Positions 48,496 through 59,964 of a stretch of DNA of 64,000 nucleotides are shown here, in pieces; the first letter of the stretch is position 1; each line of letters starts with the position of its first letter. Source of the DNA: Fonticula alba ATCC 38817 (taxonomy: Eukaryota > Protista > Nucleariida); the NCBI GenBank assembly GCA_000388065.2, contig KB932201.1, one strand, 5' to 3'. The translations under genes and the position numbers were made by a program. The notes beneath the pieces were generated by a model. The model saw nothing but the letters and a program-made list of their open reading frames with translations, made no database searches and was not told the DNA's origin.

Positions 48496-50893
48496 TCACT
48501 CGAAGTCGGTCGGCCCGCCACGGACAGCATCATACTCACGCAGAACAACCGGCACACTCGACGGCGGAAGGAGCCCAATCTCGGTGATAATCAGCGTCGC
48601 AAAGGAGGCCGGAGTGACATCGTGCATCAGGCTCAGCCCCTGGAGGCTGCCCTTCGGTTCGACCGACGCCTCGATGTGGGGAAGCCTGTGCCGCCACAGT
48701 GAAAGGGCGGAGGGGGGAATGGAGGAAGGAGGGGGGACAGCGGGAGGATGAGTTTAGGAGGTCACCGGCGGCAGCGCGAGGGAGATATGCCCCATCCGGG
48801 CGGCTGACGCACCAGGGAAGCGACCGGCGTTCGTTGGAAACCAGCGAATCAAGCTGCACGGCGCCGGAAAACTTGATGGTCTCAGCCAACACCATGACCG
48901 GGATGGAGGAGTTCCGCGCCAGCAGGCAGACCGCCGACGAGCCGACACGGCCGAGGACATTGCCATTGGCGAAGACCCCATGCGCGCCGATGATGACGGA
49001 GGTGACGTTCTTGAAGGCGAACGACAGGCCGGAGAAGGGGAGCAGCGTGCAGTCGATGCCGACCTCGGCGAGGCACTTGGAAAGGCAGAGGCCTTGAGGA
49101 GAGGTGCACGTGTGCGGCGGAGGAGGCGCGGGTGGCAGCCATGTCAGAGAGGGCCAAGCGCAGCGAGCGGGGGGGGGGGGGGGGGGGGGGGAGAGACAAA
49201 AAGGCCAGGAGGGCACGCGCGTACCCTCGTTGAAGGGTGCATTGTTGACGATGATGACGCGGAAGGAGGGCCGGCCATCCGGGCCGCGGAGATGCGACGA
49301 GGCGGCAGCAGTCAGCAGAGCCTGGCGCACGGTGGACGAGTGGCCGATGGTGAGGATCACATCGTTCGGGCGGATCTTCTTCAGCGCATGCAGGGAGATC
49401 ATCCGCTGGGGAAGGACCACGCGCTCCTGGACGACCTTGTCGAAGATGTCGCTAATGGTCTCGGCCAGCTCGAGGGCCTCCTGCAGGGTTATGGGGTTAG
49501 CGATCGTGCAGGCCGGGGGAGTTGCGCATCGTGTGTGTGTGTGTGTGTGGGGGGGGGGGGAAGGGGCGCACGGTTGGCGACTGGTTGCCGGACAGGAAGG
49601 CCAGGGACTTCTTGATCAGGCGAATGCCATTGCCCATGGCAATGCCCATCGGCCGGCGGTTGGTGACACGACGCTCTTCCGATCTGAAGGGGCGCACGGT
49701 TGGCGACTGGTTGCCGGACAGGAAGGCCAGGGACTTCTTGATCAGGCGAATGCCATTGCCCATGGCAATGCCCATCGGCCGGCGGTTGGTGAGGTAGGTG
49801 ATCTGCGGGCGGAGGAAGGTCTCCAGCGAGCGGGTGATCACCTCGACATCGTCCTTGCGCGATGAGTGCTCCACATAGTCCAGGAGGGCCTGCGTGTCGG
49901 AGCGGGGTGGAGGGGCCGAGGGAGGAGGCATGTTAGCCCTGGGAGAGGCTGTCGAGGGAAGGTGGCTGGGTGTGACACGGGTGGTGGCATTCGGCAACGC
50001 ACGCATTTAAGGGCAACCATGANNNNNNNNNNNNNNNNNNNNNNNNNNNNTAGTCCAGGAGGGCCTGCGTGTCGGAGCGGGGTGGAGGGGCCGAGGGAGG
50101 AGGCATGTTAGCCCTGGGAGAGGCTGTCGAGGGAAGGTGGCTGGGTGTGACACGGGTGGTGGCATTCGGCAACGCACGCATTTAAGGGCAACCATGGTGG
50201 CAACCAGACGCGAAATGGCGCCATTGGTGCCGATGTCATCGGAGTGGAAGAGCTGTCCAAGCTCGATGATCGCCGGGTGGATGGCTTTATAGGCATGCAG
50301 GACACCGGGAGTGGGGGTGAGAGGCACTGGCAGAGGGCAGCATGCCAAGGCCGATGGGGGAGATACGCACGCGTTGAGTTGAGAATCATTTCGTGGCTGA
50401 CGGACGGCGCCGGAGCAGTTTCCACCATGTGGGAGAAAAAGTGAAGCTGGGTCTTCTGCATGGATGGAGGGAGAGAGAGAGAGAGGGAGAGAGAGAGAGA
50501 GCAAGTGGTCAGGACGCCGGGGAACCCGAGGGGCAGGTCAGGCAAGGGATGGCATGGTAAGGCGCGCACCTTGTCATTGTGCGTGGCGGCGGCAGATGCC
50601 TCGGCCTTGGTGCCGTCCTGAGCAGCGGCCTTGCCGGACGACTTGCCCGGGGCGGCGGCCTTGGTGTCCGGGGCTGGGGCATCCTTGCCCTTGCCCTTGC
50701 CAGCCTGGGCGGGCTTGCCACCGGCGCCGGCGGCCTTCTGCGCGCGCTTGTACTCCTGATAGGCGGCCCGCTCGGCGCGAGTCATCTCCTTCATGGGCTT
50801 GAGGGGGAAGCCATCGGGGCCGATCTGCAGGTCGACCTTCTCCTTAGAGGGCGGAGGGGCGGTCTTGCCGCCCGGGGCCGCCTTGGCAGCCGG

Positions 50894-50935
<42 letters not shown>

Positions 50936-51791
50936 CGGGGTGGCGGCGACAGCCGGGGCGGCAAAGCCAGACTTCACCACGGGCGGAATGGGCTGCCGAG
51001 CGAAGGTCACCTCCGGCAGGGCGCCGCCGGCCGGAGCACTGGTCACCGGGGCACCGGCCGTCAGCGAGGAGGAAGACAGCGAGGCAGACAGGGAGGACAC
51101 GCTGGTGGACTTGAAAGACCCCACGTGCACCGGCGGCGGGGACCCCACCACGAAGGGGGTCTTCTGGAAGGAGCTTGACAGGCTGGACTGCTGCTGGTAG
51201 CCGAGCAGCACCGAGGACTGGGAGGAGGCAGCCGAGGGGGTGCCACCGCCAGGGGGGAAGGCGCCGGCCCCGGTGCCCATGACATTGAAGCCAACCGTGC
51301 GGGTGTGCGTTTCGCCGCTGGCCACGGTGCCGGGGGCCGGCTGGCCAGGGCCCGGCGCACCGGACCCCACCAGCGAGCGAGACAGCGACTTAGCCGGCAG
51401 CAGGGCGGACAGGGGTGTCAGTGGTGTGCCGGAGCAGGGCCATCGAGATCAGGGGGGATGTCCCTGGGCCGGGGGGGGGGGNNNNNNNNNNNNNNNNNNN
51501 NGGGGGGGGGGCAGTGTGTGTGTGCGTGTGTGTGTGTGTGCAATGGGGCGAGGGGGATTCGCCGCGTACGCTGGTCGAGGAGATGCTGATCGGGGCAACG
51601 CGCTGGAAGGAGGAGCCCGAGGGCGAGGCCGAGAAGGAGGTCGACAGACTGGACTGCGGCGGGGGGAGGAGGATCTGCCCGGTAGGGGTGGATGAGGGGA
51701 TGGCCCGGTTGGCTGAGAGGGCCGAAGAGTGCTGGCGGCGGTCGATGGACCGGCCGAGCTCGTTCATGTCCTGCGAGGGGCCCAGCGGCAT
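48496..51791 (-). CDS. EIF2B4: Translation initiation factor eIF2B subunit delta (~712 aa, long low-complexity N-terminus)
   Basis: Exons 51791..51570, 51388..50570, 50455..50371, 50284..50178, 49889..49698, 49480..49225, 49092..48825 and 48685..48496. GCCACCATG start. Motifs: IHPAIIELG, RPMGIAMGNGIR, IIGAHGVFANGNVLGRVG, ETIKFS..VQLD, DVTP..ITEIGLLPPSSVPVVLRE. Confidence 0.92.
49666..49685 (-). other. Illumina adapter (ACACGACGCTCTTCCGATCT on +) between two copies of a 106-bp segment (49560-49665 = 49686-49791)
   Basis: Exact adapter match. The flanks form a direct duplication. Confidence 0.97.
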
Positions 51792-53396
51792 GGTGGCGGC
51801 AAAGAGGCGAAGGGGAGAGCGGGGGCAGGCGGAGGGCGAACAGACAGCAAGAGGCAAGGGGGGGGGGTGAGAGGGGAGGAGAGGGGAGGAGAAGCCTGAT
51901 GCCCGACCCCGGCTGGCCGGCTATCTCGGGACGGGGCCGGAAATTAATGACCAAGCGCCATCACCCTTGACCAGCGCGCCCAGAAGCACCCTCCCCCCCC
52001 CCACCCACCCTCCGCCTCCGGTCACTTCCCGCCCCGGTCTCGCAGGCATGCGCAGGCCCACACGGGCGCCGTGGGACGGGTGTGCGATGTGAGTGGGGAC
52101 CAGTTCCCCCTGCGGCAGGGCCGGGGGGGGGGGGGGGGGGGTCGCCCTCACGGGGAGACTCGTGAGCACGCCCTCGTCCGCCGCCCTTGTTCCTTCCCCC
52201 CTCCGGGCCCCTAAGCAGCCGGGCCCGAGGATGGAAGGGGAGGGAGCGCGTGCCTGGTCCCCTCTTTGCCCGACGCCCGCCGCCGGGACCGGGGGGTGGT
52301 TTCCCCTTCAGCGAGGCGCGCGTGCGGGTGGCGGAGGAGAGACACACGCCCCCGGGGCGTCTTACAATTGGCAGCAGCCTGGGGTTTCCGGGGTCATGAT
52401 CTGCCATTGCAGAATGTGCCGAGCGATATGATGGCCCCAGCTGACCGCCGCACATGATCCGATCGCCGGCGGCGAGGTTGGACACTTGCCTGAACCTCTC
52501 ACAACTACGCTCCCCGGGGAGGGGCCCGGGTAGCGGGGGCGGGGGGGGTATGCGTGTGTGTATATGCGCGGGCACGGGCGAGGGTGCCGGGGAGTGAGGG
52601 GACGCCGTGTCTCGGTGTCCGGTGCATGGCTGCTGTCCCGGCAGTCATATCATCAGCGCGCCCGGGAACTGAGGGGCCATGGAAGGTACTGGGCGATGGG
52701 GGGGGGGGGGGGGGGGGGCCCCGGCGGGGGGGGCGGTTTCTTTGGGGGGGGCCGTTTTTTGGTGTTCCCTCTGGAGTGTGCCTCCCTCAAGGTGGGGATG
52801 TTGCCGGCAGGGCGGCGAGGTGCCGGGGGGGCTCTTCCTTCCAGGCCGGAGCAGGCCCACGGTCGCATATGCTAGTCTCTATGCATCATCACCCGGTTCG
52901 AGGCTGCTCCGCCGATGGCGCAAGAGACCGAGGCTCATGCCGATCTGGACTGGGTCTCTTTCCCTGGGACACGCACGCCACCGGCCTTTGCGTGCATGCA
53001 CGCCAATCGAGACGTCAGTTGTCGAAAGGTCGGGCTGGGGGGAGACCGGCCCCAGGGGAGAGGGAGGTCGCAGACAATTTGTTGGCTCTCTTTTGGCCTG
53101 GCGGCCTGGTGCCGGTCGGCCCGGTCGATGGGGACAATCCACTCCGGCTCTCCCCCACTTTCCCTCCCCTCGCTCTTTGCTCCGGCCCCTTTCCCACCCA
53201 CACCCGCGCCGAACTTCCTGTACTGCTCTCGCCATTTATGCCTCCCCCCGCCATGTCGCTTTGCCTGTCTCCCCTCCCCGATGACCCCTCCTCGCCTGAT
53301 TGTTTTGAGCGTACATCTGACGCGCCGCCCCGTCCTTTTCCCCCGCCCCCTTGAAGCCTCCCCCCTCCCCCACCCCTCGCCCCCTCCAACTTCACC

Positions 53397-54501
53397 ATGT
53401 TCCTCACCAAGTCCGAGTACGACCGTGGTATCAACACCTTCTCGCCAGAGGGCCGCATTTTCCAGGTCGAGTATGCCATCGAGGCTATCAAGGTGCGTGT
53501 TTCCGGTGCACGCGTTGGCTGTCCATCTGTGATCGGCCCTTTCTCGATTTCTCTCCCATCGCCTCCTGCTCCTCCTGGTCCGTGGGGCTCCGCGCTGCCT
53601 GCTGCTGACACTCGCTCTTTGCATAGCTCGGCTCCACCGCCATTGGCATCCAGACCTCCGAGGGTGTGATCCTGGCCGTCGAAAAGCGTGTCGTGTCGCC
53701 GCTGATCGAGCCCCAGTCGGTGGAGAAGATCTCCGAAATTGATCGCCATGTTGGCTGCGTCTGGTCCGGCCTCATGGGTGATTCGCGCACCCTGGTCGAG
53801 CATGCTCGCGTCGAGGCCCTGGTGCGTCCCTGCGCTCCCTCCCTCTCTCCCTCCCTCCCTCCCTCTCTCTCTCTCTCTCTTTCTCTCGCTTGTCTATGGC
53901 CGTCTGCTCCATGTGCATGGAGTCGTGCCTTATCTGCCCTGCTCCCCCGCCCCCGGACTCATCCTCCCTCCCTGCTGCCCCCCCTGCCCCCCCCCCCTCC
54001 GCACGCATTCAGAACCACACCTTCACCTATGACGAGCCGATGCGCATCGAGTCCCTGGCGCAGTCCATCTGTGACCTGGCCCTGCGCTTCGGCGAGGGTG
54101 TCCACGGCCAGCGTGCCATCATGGTGCGCCGCATGCTCCTCCCCCGCCGCATGCTCCTCCCCCGCCGCATGCTCCTCTCCCCTCCTTCGCCGGTCTCTGA
54201 CCGCCTTCCATCATGCTCTGTCTGATGTTCTTTGGGCCATTCCCTCCCCCCCCCATTTTCACACGCATGACCCAGGCCCGGCCCTTCGGTGTGGCTCTTC
54301 TGCTTGCCGGGCATGACGACCGCGGCCCGCAGCTGTACCACACCGACCCCTCCGGTACCTTCACCCGCCAGGATGCCAAGGCCATCGGGGCCGGCAGCGA
54401 GGGCGCCCAGGCGTCCCTGCGCGAGCACTTCCGCAAGGTGCGCACTCACCCCCTTTCGCCCCCCCCCCCCTCGCGCTGCCTCTTTGTCTCGAAGACACAC
54501 A

Positions 54502-54537
<36 letters not shown>

Positions 54538-54787
54538 TGGTCGCATCCTGCCCATCCCAATGCAGGACATGACCCTAGCCGATGCCGAGCGCCTTGCCCT
54601 CAAGATCCTCGGCGAGGTGATGGAGGAGCGTCTCTCCTCGCAGAACATCGACGTCGCCTCGGTCACCGCGTCCGGGGGCTACCGTCTGTACACCCGCGAG
54701 CAGATTGATGCGGTCATCAGCGCTGCTCCTGCGCCCACCACCGGCTCCGCGGCCATTGCCGCCGCGGCCGCCGCCGCCTCCTCTTGA
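53397..54787 (+). CDS. PSMA5: 20S proteasome subunit alpha type-5 (261 aa)
   Basis: Exons 53397..53492, 53627..53821, 54013..54123, 54276..54437 and 54566..54787. Reads [32 protein letters not shown]|LGSTAIGI...RPFGVALL...DPSGTF...[10 protein letters not shown]. Confidence 0.98.
54127..54177. repeat. 18-bp tandem repeat (CGCCGCATGCTCCTCCCC) x~2.8 just after the donor of PSMA5 intron 3
   Basis: Direct reading. Confidence 0.9.
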
Positions 54788-55539
54788 ACGGGCATCCCCG
54801 AATGCCCTGCTTCACGCCCAGCCCCCTTTGTTCCCGCTCCCCGCCCTTCCGGAGCCTCGACCTGCCATGGTATGCGTACGCCCTGGGTCTCGGCGTCCCC
54901 TCCCCCTCCCTCCTCCCTCGGGATCATCCGGTCCAGACTCCCTGGGGCCTGGCGCTAGGCCGGGCGTGAGGGGCGTGGGCGTGTGAAACAAAAAGACAAA
55001 AAAGAAGAGGCCCGCAAGAGAGCGCCCGCGCCTTCTCCGCCCTCTGCCTCTCCCCTCATCTCAGACCCCCCAAAAAACTCCTATTTAAATGCACGAGCCC
55101 CACACAGGCAAGTATGACAAGAGACTCAAGTGGTGCTTTGATTGCCTGGCGGGGAGGGGGAGGGGGGAGCGCTTGCTGGGGCTTTTTTTTTCCCTTTGCA
55201 GGGGTCGCCCCTCCTGTGGCTGGATGTGTGTGGGGCAATGGTGCTGGAGGGGGGGATGGGCGGGTAGAGCGGCGATCTTTCGCGGGCAAGGCTGGCCCCT
55301 GCGGCTGGCTTGGGTACCCGGGACTTCGGCCTCCCGCCGCCCGGACCCGGGATGGCTGCCCGAGCGAGAGGTCACGCGCCGGTCTCTGACACGGCTGGGA
55401 AGATCAGGCGAACACCTGGGCAAAGGCGTGATCCGGTTATTATTTTTGCCATCTACTTTCACGCGCCAGGGAGCGCTGTCCGCTCTGGCGTGGCGGCGGT
55501 TCACATGCCGTGCTTGAGTGGCGGGTGTGGGGCCGCGCT

Positions 55540-55576
55540 CGCGCGCGCGCGCGCGCGCGCGCGCGTGTGTGCGTGC
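55540..55576. repeat. (CG)13 plus TG alternating purine-pyrimidine tract
   Basis: Direct reading. Shorter equivalents occur at 11258-11275, 11683-11720 and 13275-13288. Confidence 0.9.
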
Positions 55577-56870
55577 CGGCGGGCAAATACGCGTACACGC
55601 GTCTCCTCCCTCTTTTGGTTCGCTCGGTGGGTGTGTTGCCAGAGGATGGGCCGCGGATGTCGAGGGCGCGGCCCCCTGGCAATTCTCGCTCCGACGCCGC
55701 GGGGTGCTGGCACTGTGGCAGAATGGCTAGCCGGAGGCATCCACGGCCGATGGCGTGTGGATGGGCTGAGGGCCGGGGGACGCCCCTGGCCCGGGGGCAG
55801 GGGCGTGGAAGAGGCCAGCCCCCCCCCCCCCTCCCCCTGGGGCGCTAAATCCGGCGCCCGAGCCTCCATCGTAGGATGGAGGGAATGCACTGCGACGTCC
55901 CCCCCCCCCCTCCCCCCGGTCCCTGGTTCCCCGGGCCGGGGGCGCGAAGGCGCTCCTGGAGGGCGATGGGGCGGGGGGACTTTCTCCCTCTCGCGCGGCC
56001 GGTGGCCAAACGCCCGGGGCCGGTGTTTCTGGATACCGAAAATGGGGTCCGGCCAACGGGGCCCGGCAAGCATGCCCAACGCGGTTGGCCCTGTAGAACA
56101 TCGGCGGTTCTGGACGGTGTCTTCGCACAGCTCGCCCGTTTGTCCGCCCGCCGGCTCGCTTGCGTTCCTGTGTCAAGTGCGGGGCGTGCTTGCCGCGATC
56201 GGGTCGAGCCCGCCGCCCGCCGGGCCCCGCAGCCTCGGCTCTCGCGGTGGCCGATCGCGAGCCTGTTCTTCCCTCGCTCGGCCGGGTTCGTTTCCCCCCC
56301 CCTGGTGGGAAGAGGGCCAGATCAATCCATATCGTGGCCACCAGCCGCCGCCCCCCCCCCCCTCCCCCGCCCTTCGTGCAGCCTCCCAAGCGCGAGCGCC
56401 TCAAGCGTGCCCGCCCCAGACCCGGGCCTCCCCTTGCGCGTTCCATCCGTCCCTTCCCCTCCTCCTCCGCTCCGCACATTGCCACCCTCCGTCCTGGTCC
56501 TTCGGTCCGTGCGTGCGCGTCCTCCCCCCTCCCCCGTTTGCAGATGAATATGCCTGTCACTCCTTCGGCCGTGGGCATCCTATTCAGCCCTTGGGCATTT
56601 GTCTCACCCACCAGCCCCCGGCCAAACTCCACCTCCCTCGCGAGTTCATCCTTTGTGTGCCTGTTCACCGACCGGCCCCTCGCTCTCGTTTCCCTGCCCC
56701 CTCCCGGTCTTTCCACTGCTCCATCCCCCCCGCCCCCGTCCCCTCTTCCCCCCCCCCCCCTCCCCCGCCCTTCGCCGCGCGACGCTGGTGAGCAAGCGAC
56801 CGTCAGCATGATCCGGTCCATNNNNNNNNNNCCCCCCCCTCTCTCTCTCTCTCTTCAGCTCTCGCCAAGC

Positions 56871-58067
56871 ATGCTATCTATTTCCTGCCAGCGGCGGCGG
56901 CGGCTTGCCCCTCGCCTGCTGGCCCTGTTGCTGGCGGTCGTGCTGCTGGCCGGCTCGGTGTCGGCGAACAACGAGCGGGTCATCGCGCGGGAAATCGCCC
57001 CGCACGAGTCTTGGCACGAGTTAGATGCCCGGTGTTCACACTGGTACGAGCACAGCCGCTGGGTTTTTTTTTTCTTTTACCTTCCCCTCCGGCCCTTGGC
57101 CCGGGTGTTAACTTCTTCGCCGGCCCAGGAAAACTCTGGCCCCACAGGCGGACAACGGCCTGCTAGATGTGTTGCTCGGCCCCTACCCGCGGTCCCTTTC
57201 GTCCGGGCCCATTCGCCTTGAGCTGCCAATCACCCTCTGCCTGCGCGTGCCACGCGGGACCCTCTTCCAGCCGGAGGGGGCGGCCTTGGTGCCGGCCAAT
57301 CGCCACCGGTGGCTGGCCAAGGTGTCGTGGCCTGCATCGGTGCGTCTTGCTGTTGGACCCTTTCCGGCCAATCTGCCCCTGCCCCCCCCCCCCCCACCCC
57401 CGCCTTCCAATGCCTCTTGGGCGGCGCGCTGCTGTTCCTTTTCTTTGATTGCCCTTTCTTCCGGCTCTGGCTGACTCTTCTTCCTTGGCGTGAATGCCTT
57501 TCCTGGCCGCCTCGCTAGCTTCCGGCCAAGGGAAGTATTGACTTTGTCCTGGACCGGCGGTTTGGCTCCGGATCTGACGGCTTCGTGGCATTGACCCTTT
57601 TGCCGGAGGGTGTTCTGCCTGGGCGCTTGGCCAAGTCCCTCTTCTCCCTCGGCCGGGGACATGACGTCCCGCAGGACACCCCCAACACCCTCCATAGCAT
57701 TGAGACACTGGTGGAGATCGGTACGCGGTTCATCCTGCCCGATGTTTTTTTTCCCCCCCCCCCCCCCCCCCCTCGCCGGGCACTTTTCCCTGCCCATCCA
57801 TCACCTTCTGCGACGGGCACTTTAAGTTGTGGAGCCTCGGCCTTGGAACTGCTGCCATTCTTCCCCCCATCTCACCTCCGGGTCCTCCCGACGCTGTCCC
57901 TTCTCCCCGTCCCCACCCTAGTGGTTTCGCCGGCTGTGAGTCGGGAAAACATCGCCGTGGGTATTCTTTCTGTGCTGATTGGCCTCGCTCTGGCGGTGGT
58001 TGTTTTTGTCCAGTCCCAACAAAGGCGCATCCATCACCTGGCAAACAAGCTGGCCGGCTTGAAGTAA
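56871..58067 (+). CDS. Hypothetical type-I membrane protein (~237 aa; signal peptide and C-terminal TM helix)
   Basis: Exons 56871..57043 (alternative donor at 57031), 57129..57321, 57519..57720 and 57922..58067 are in frame. N-terminus RRRRLAPRLLALLLAVVLLAGSVSA; C-terminus IAVGILSVLIGLALAVVVFV followed by a basic tail. Confidence 0.75.
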
Positions 58068-58513
58068 GAGCCCCGCCACCTCACCCCTCTCTTTGATTCC
58101 TCGGCGCATCCCTGGCCCTCAGATGGGGCGAACTCCGAGGAGGGTTGATGTGCCGATGGCGCGAGTTTCCCATGTCATCGAGAGCGCATGCGCGTGCGCG
58201 CGTGTATGTATGTATGTGCGCGTGCACGTACGCGCGCACACGCCCCCCCCCCCCCCCTCCCTTCCGCCGCAGGCTCGCTGCCATATCCATACACACAGAC
58301 ATATACACGTACATGTACACGTGCACGCGCGCACGCGCACATCCCCCCCGCAAGCCCCCTGCTCGGCCCCCGGGGCGCCCTTTCTTGGACACGCCCCTGA
58401 GCATCTGCTCTGCGCCTCTCCTGGCCATCGGTATTCTATGGATGTATGAAATGAAACAAAGGGCAAAGGAGGAAGGCCAAGAGGAGGAGGAGGAGGGGCC
58501 AGCCCGGCTACGC

Positions 58514-59964
58514 TCAGTAGGTCTTGGAGTGTGATGCGAAGGGGAAGCAGTGATCGCACACGCGAAGGCGCGTAGATGAGCCAAACTTGGGGATGGCACA
58601 GGACCGCGATGAGCAGGAGTTGCACACAAGCCGACTACAGTGCCGGCAATGGTGCTGCAGAATGCGCGGCACGGTGGCGAGGGGAAGGGGTGGAGGGACA
58701 CACACCACCGGGTCGGATGTCAGCGAAGGGAGAAGGGAACGAAGGAGGAGGACAAATGAAAAGGGCAGGAACAAAGCCCCGGCACGATTCCCCCCCCCCC
58801 CCCCCGCCCTCCCTCCCACAGGGCGGGACCACGCACCCGGCGGCGGCCGACCGAGGTGAAGCCCCGGCTGCACACCATGCAAGAAGAGGACTGGCTGTCC
58901 GGCACCCAAAGGGGAGGGCGCCAAAGTCGGCCGAGGACAATGTTCCGCAGGGCGGCATCCGCCTCGCAGATGGCCGTCCTCCCTGTGCGCGGGTGAGGGG
59001 CCAGGATGAAATCCGTGGGCGGGAGACCCGTCAGCAGCAGCGAGAAGTTGGTCAGCGAGGGGTCCACCTGCACCGAAGGCGCCTGGGCCGGGGGGGCGAC
59101 GGGGGCTGGAGCTTCTCTGGGGCCATCGCCGCCCGGGGCCATCGCCGGGGCCAGGTGGACCATCAGCTGGTAAAAGTGCGACAGCGGGTCGGCGGTGGTA
59201 TTGGCGTCGCCGGCGGCCGCAGCCACCAACGAGTAGGGGGTCCCATCCGGCTGACACATCATGGCCATGATGGACTCCAGGCTGAAGGTCTGCAAGCAGA
59301 GGTGCAGCGCCGTCAGGCCGGCGGCATTGCGGGCCAGTCGCAGGGAGGGATATCGCCAGCACAGGAAGGCAATGACCTCCAGCGGGGCCGAAAGGCCGGG
59401 GGCTGTCTGGTCGGCGGCTGCCACGTTGTAAGACACAACGTCCTGGGAGATGGCGTGGTGGAGGATTGAGCAGCCGTGGCTGCTCCGTAGCAAAGGCAGG
59501 ATGCCGGCCTGATCGGTGGCTGGGAGTACGTGGTCGGTGGTGGGGTGCGTCAGTGACGGCCATCCAGCGCACATGGAAGGCGGCGTGCGGGAGACAGACA
59601 GAGACAGAGAGATGGATAGGAAAAGAGGGAGGAGGGCGGGGCGGGAGGAAAACGGGTGGCAAAGTCCAGCCCCCGGGGGGGGGGGGGGGGGAGGCCGAAG
59701 CGTACAGCAAATCATTTTGACTGTCGGGAGATCTGCCATTTCGATGGCCTTCCAGCAATGCGCGAGGATGTCAGTGATCGAGGCCTCGGACATGGCCCGC
59801 ATGGCCGCGAGGCAGGCCTCCGTCTGGGCGAGAGTGTCGCGGAGTTGCTCCGGCGGGCAGGGGATGACGGGCGCCCGGCGAAGAAGCGCGATCTGCTCTT
59901 CGATATCCTGCGTCACACGCAGGGTATTGGCAACCGCCTTGGTTCGCTCGGCGGGACAGTCCAT
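58514..59964 (-). CDS. Ankyrin-like repeat and C-terminal FYVE zinc-finger protein (360 aa)
   Basis: Exons 59964..59706, 59519..58837 and 58654..58514. FYVE: WVPD..CMVC..RR|HHCRHC..CNSC..RVCDHC. Ankyrin-like starts: GCSILHHA, GLTALHLC, GRTAICEA. Confidence 0.88.

Noticed and set aside
49560-50196. Duplicated eIF2B-delta exon pieces as alternative exons
   Set aside because: One pair flanks an adapter and the other flanks an N-gap (unmerged contig overlap).
53493-54565. All four PSMA5 introns are phase 0
   Set aside because: Phase 0 is the commonest class, and four of four is unremarkable.
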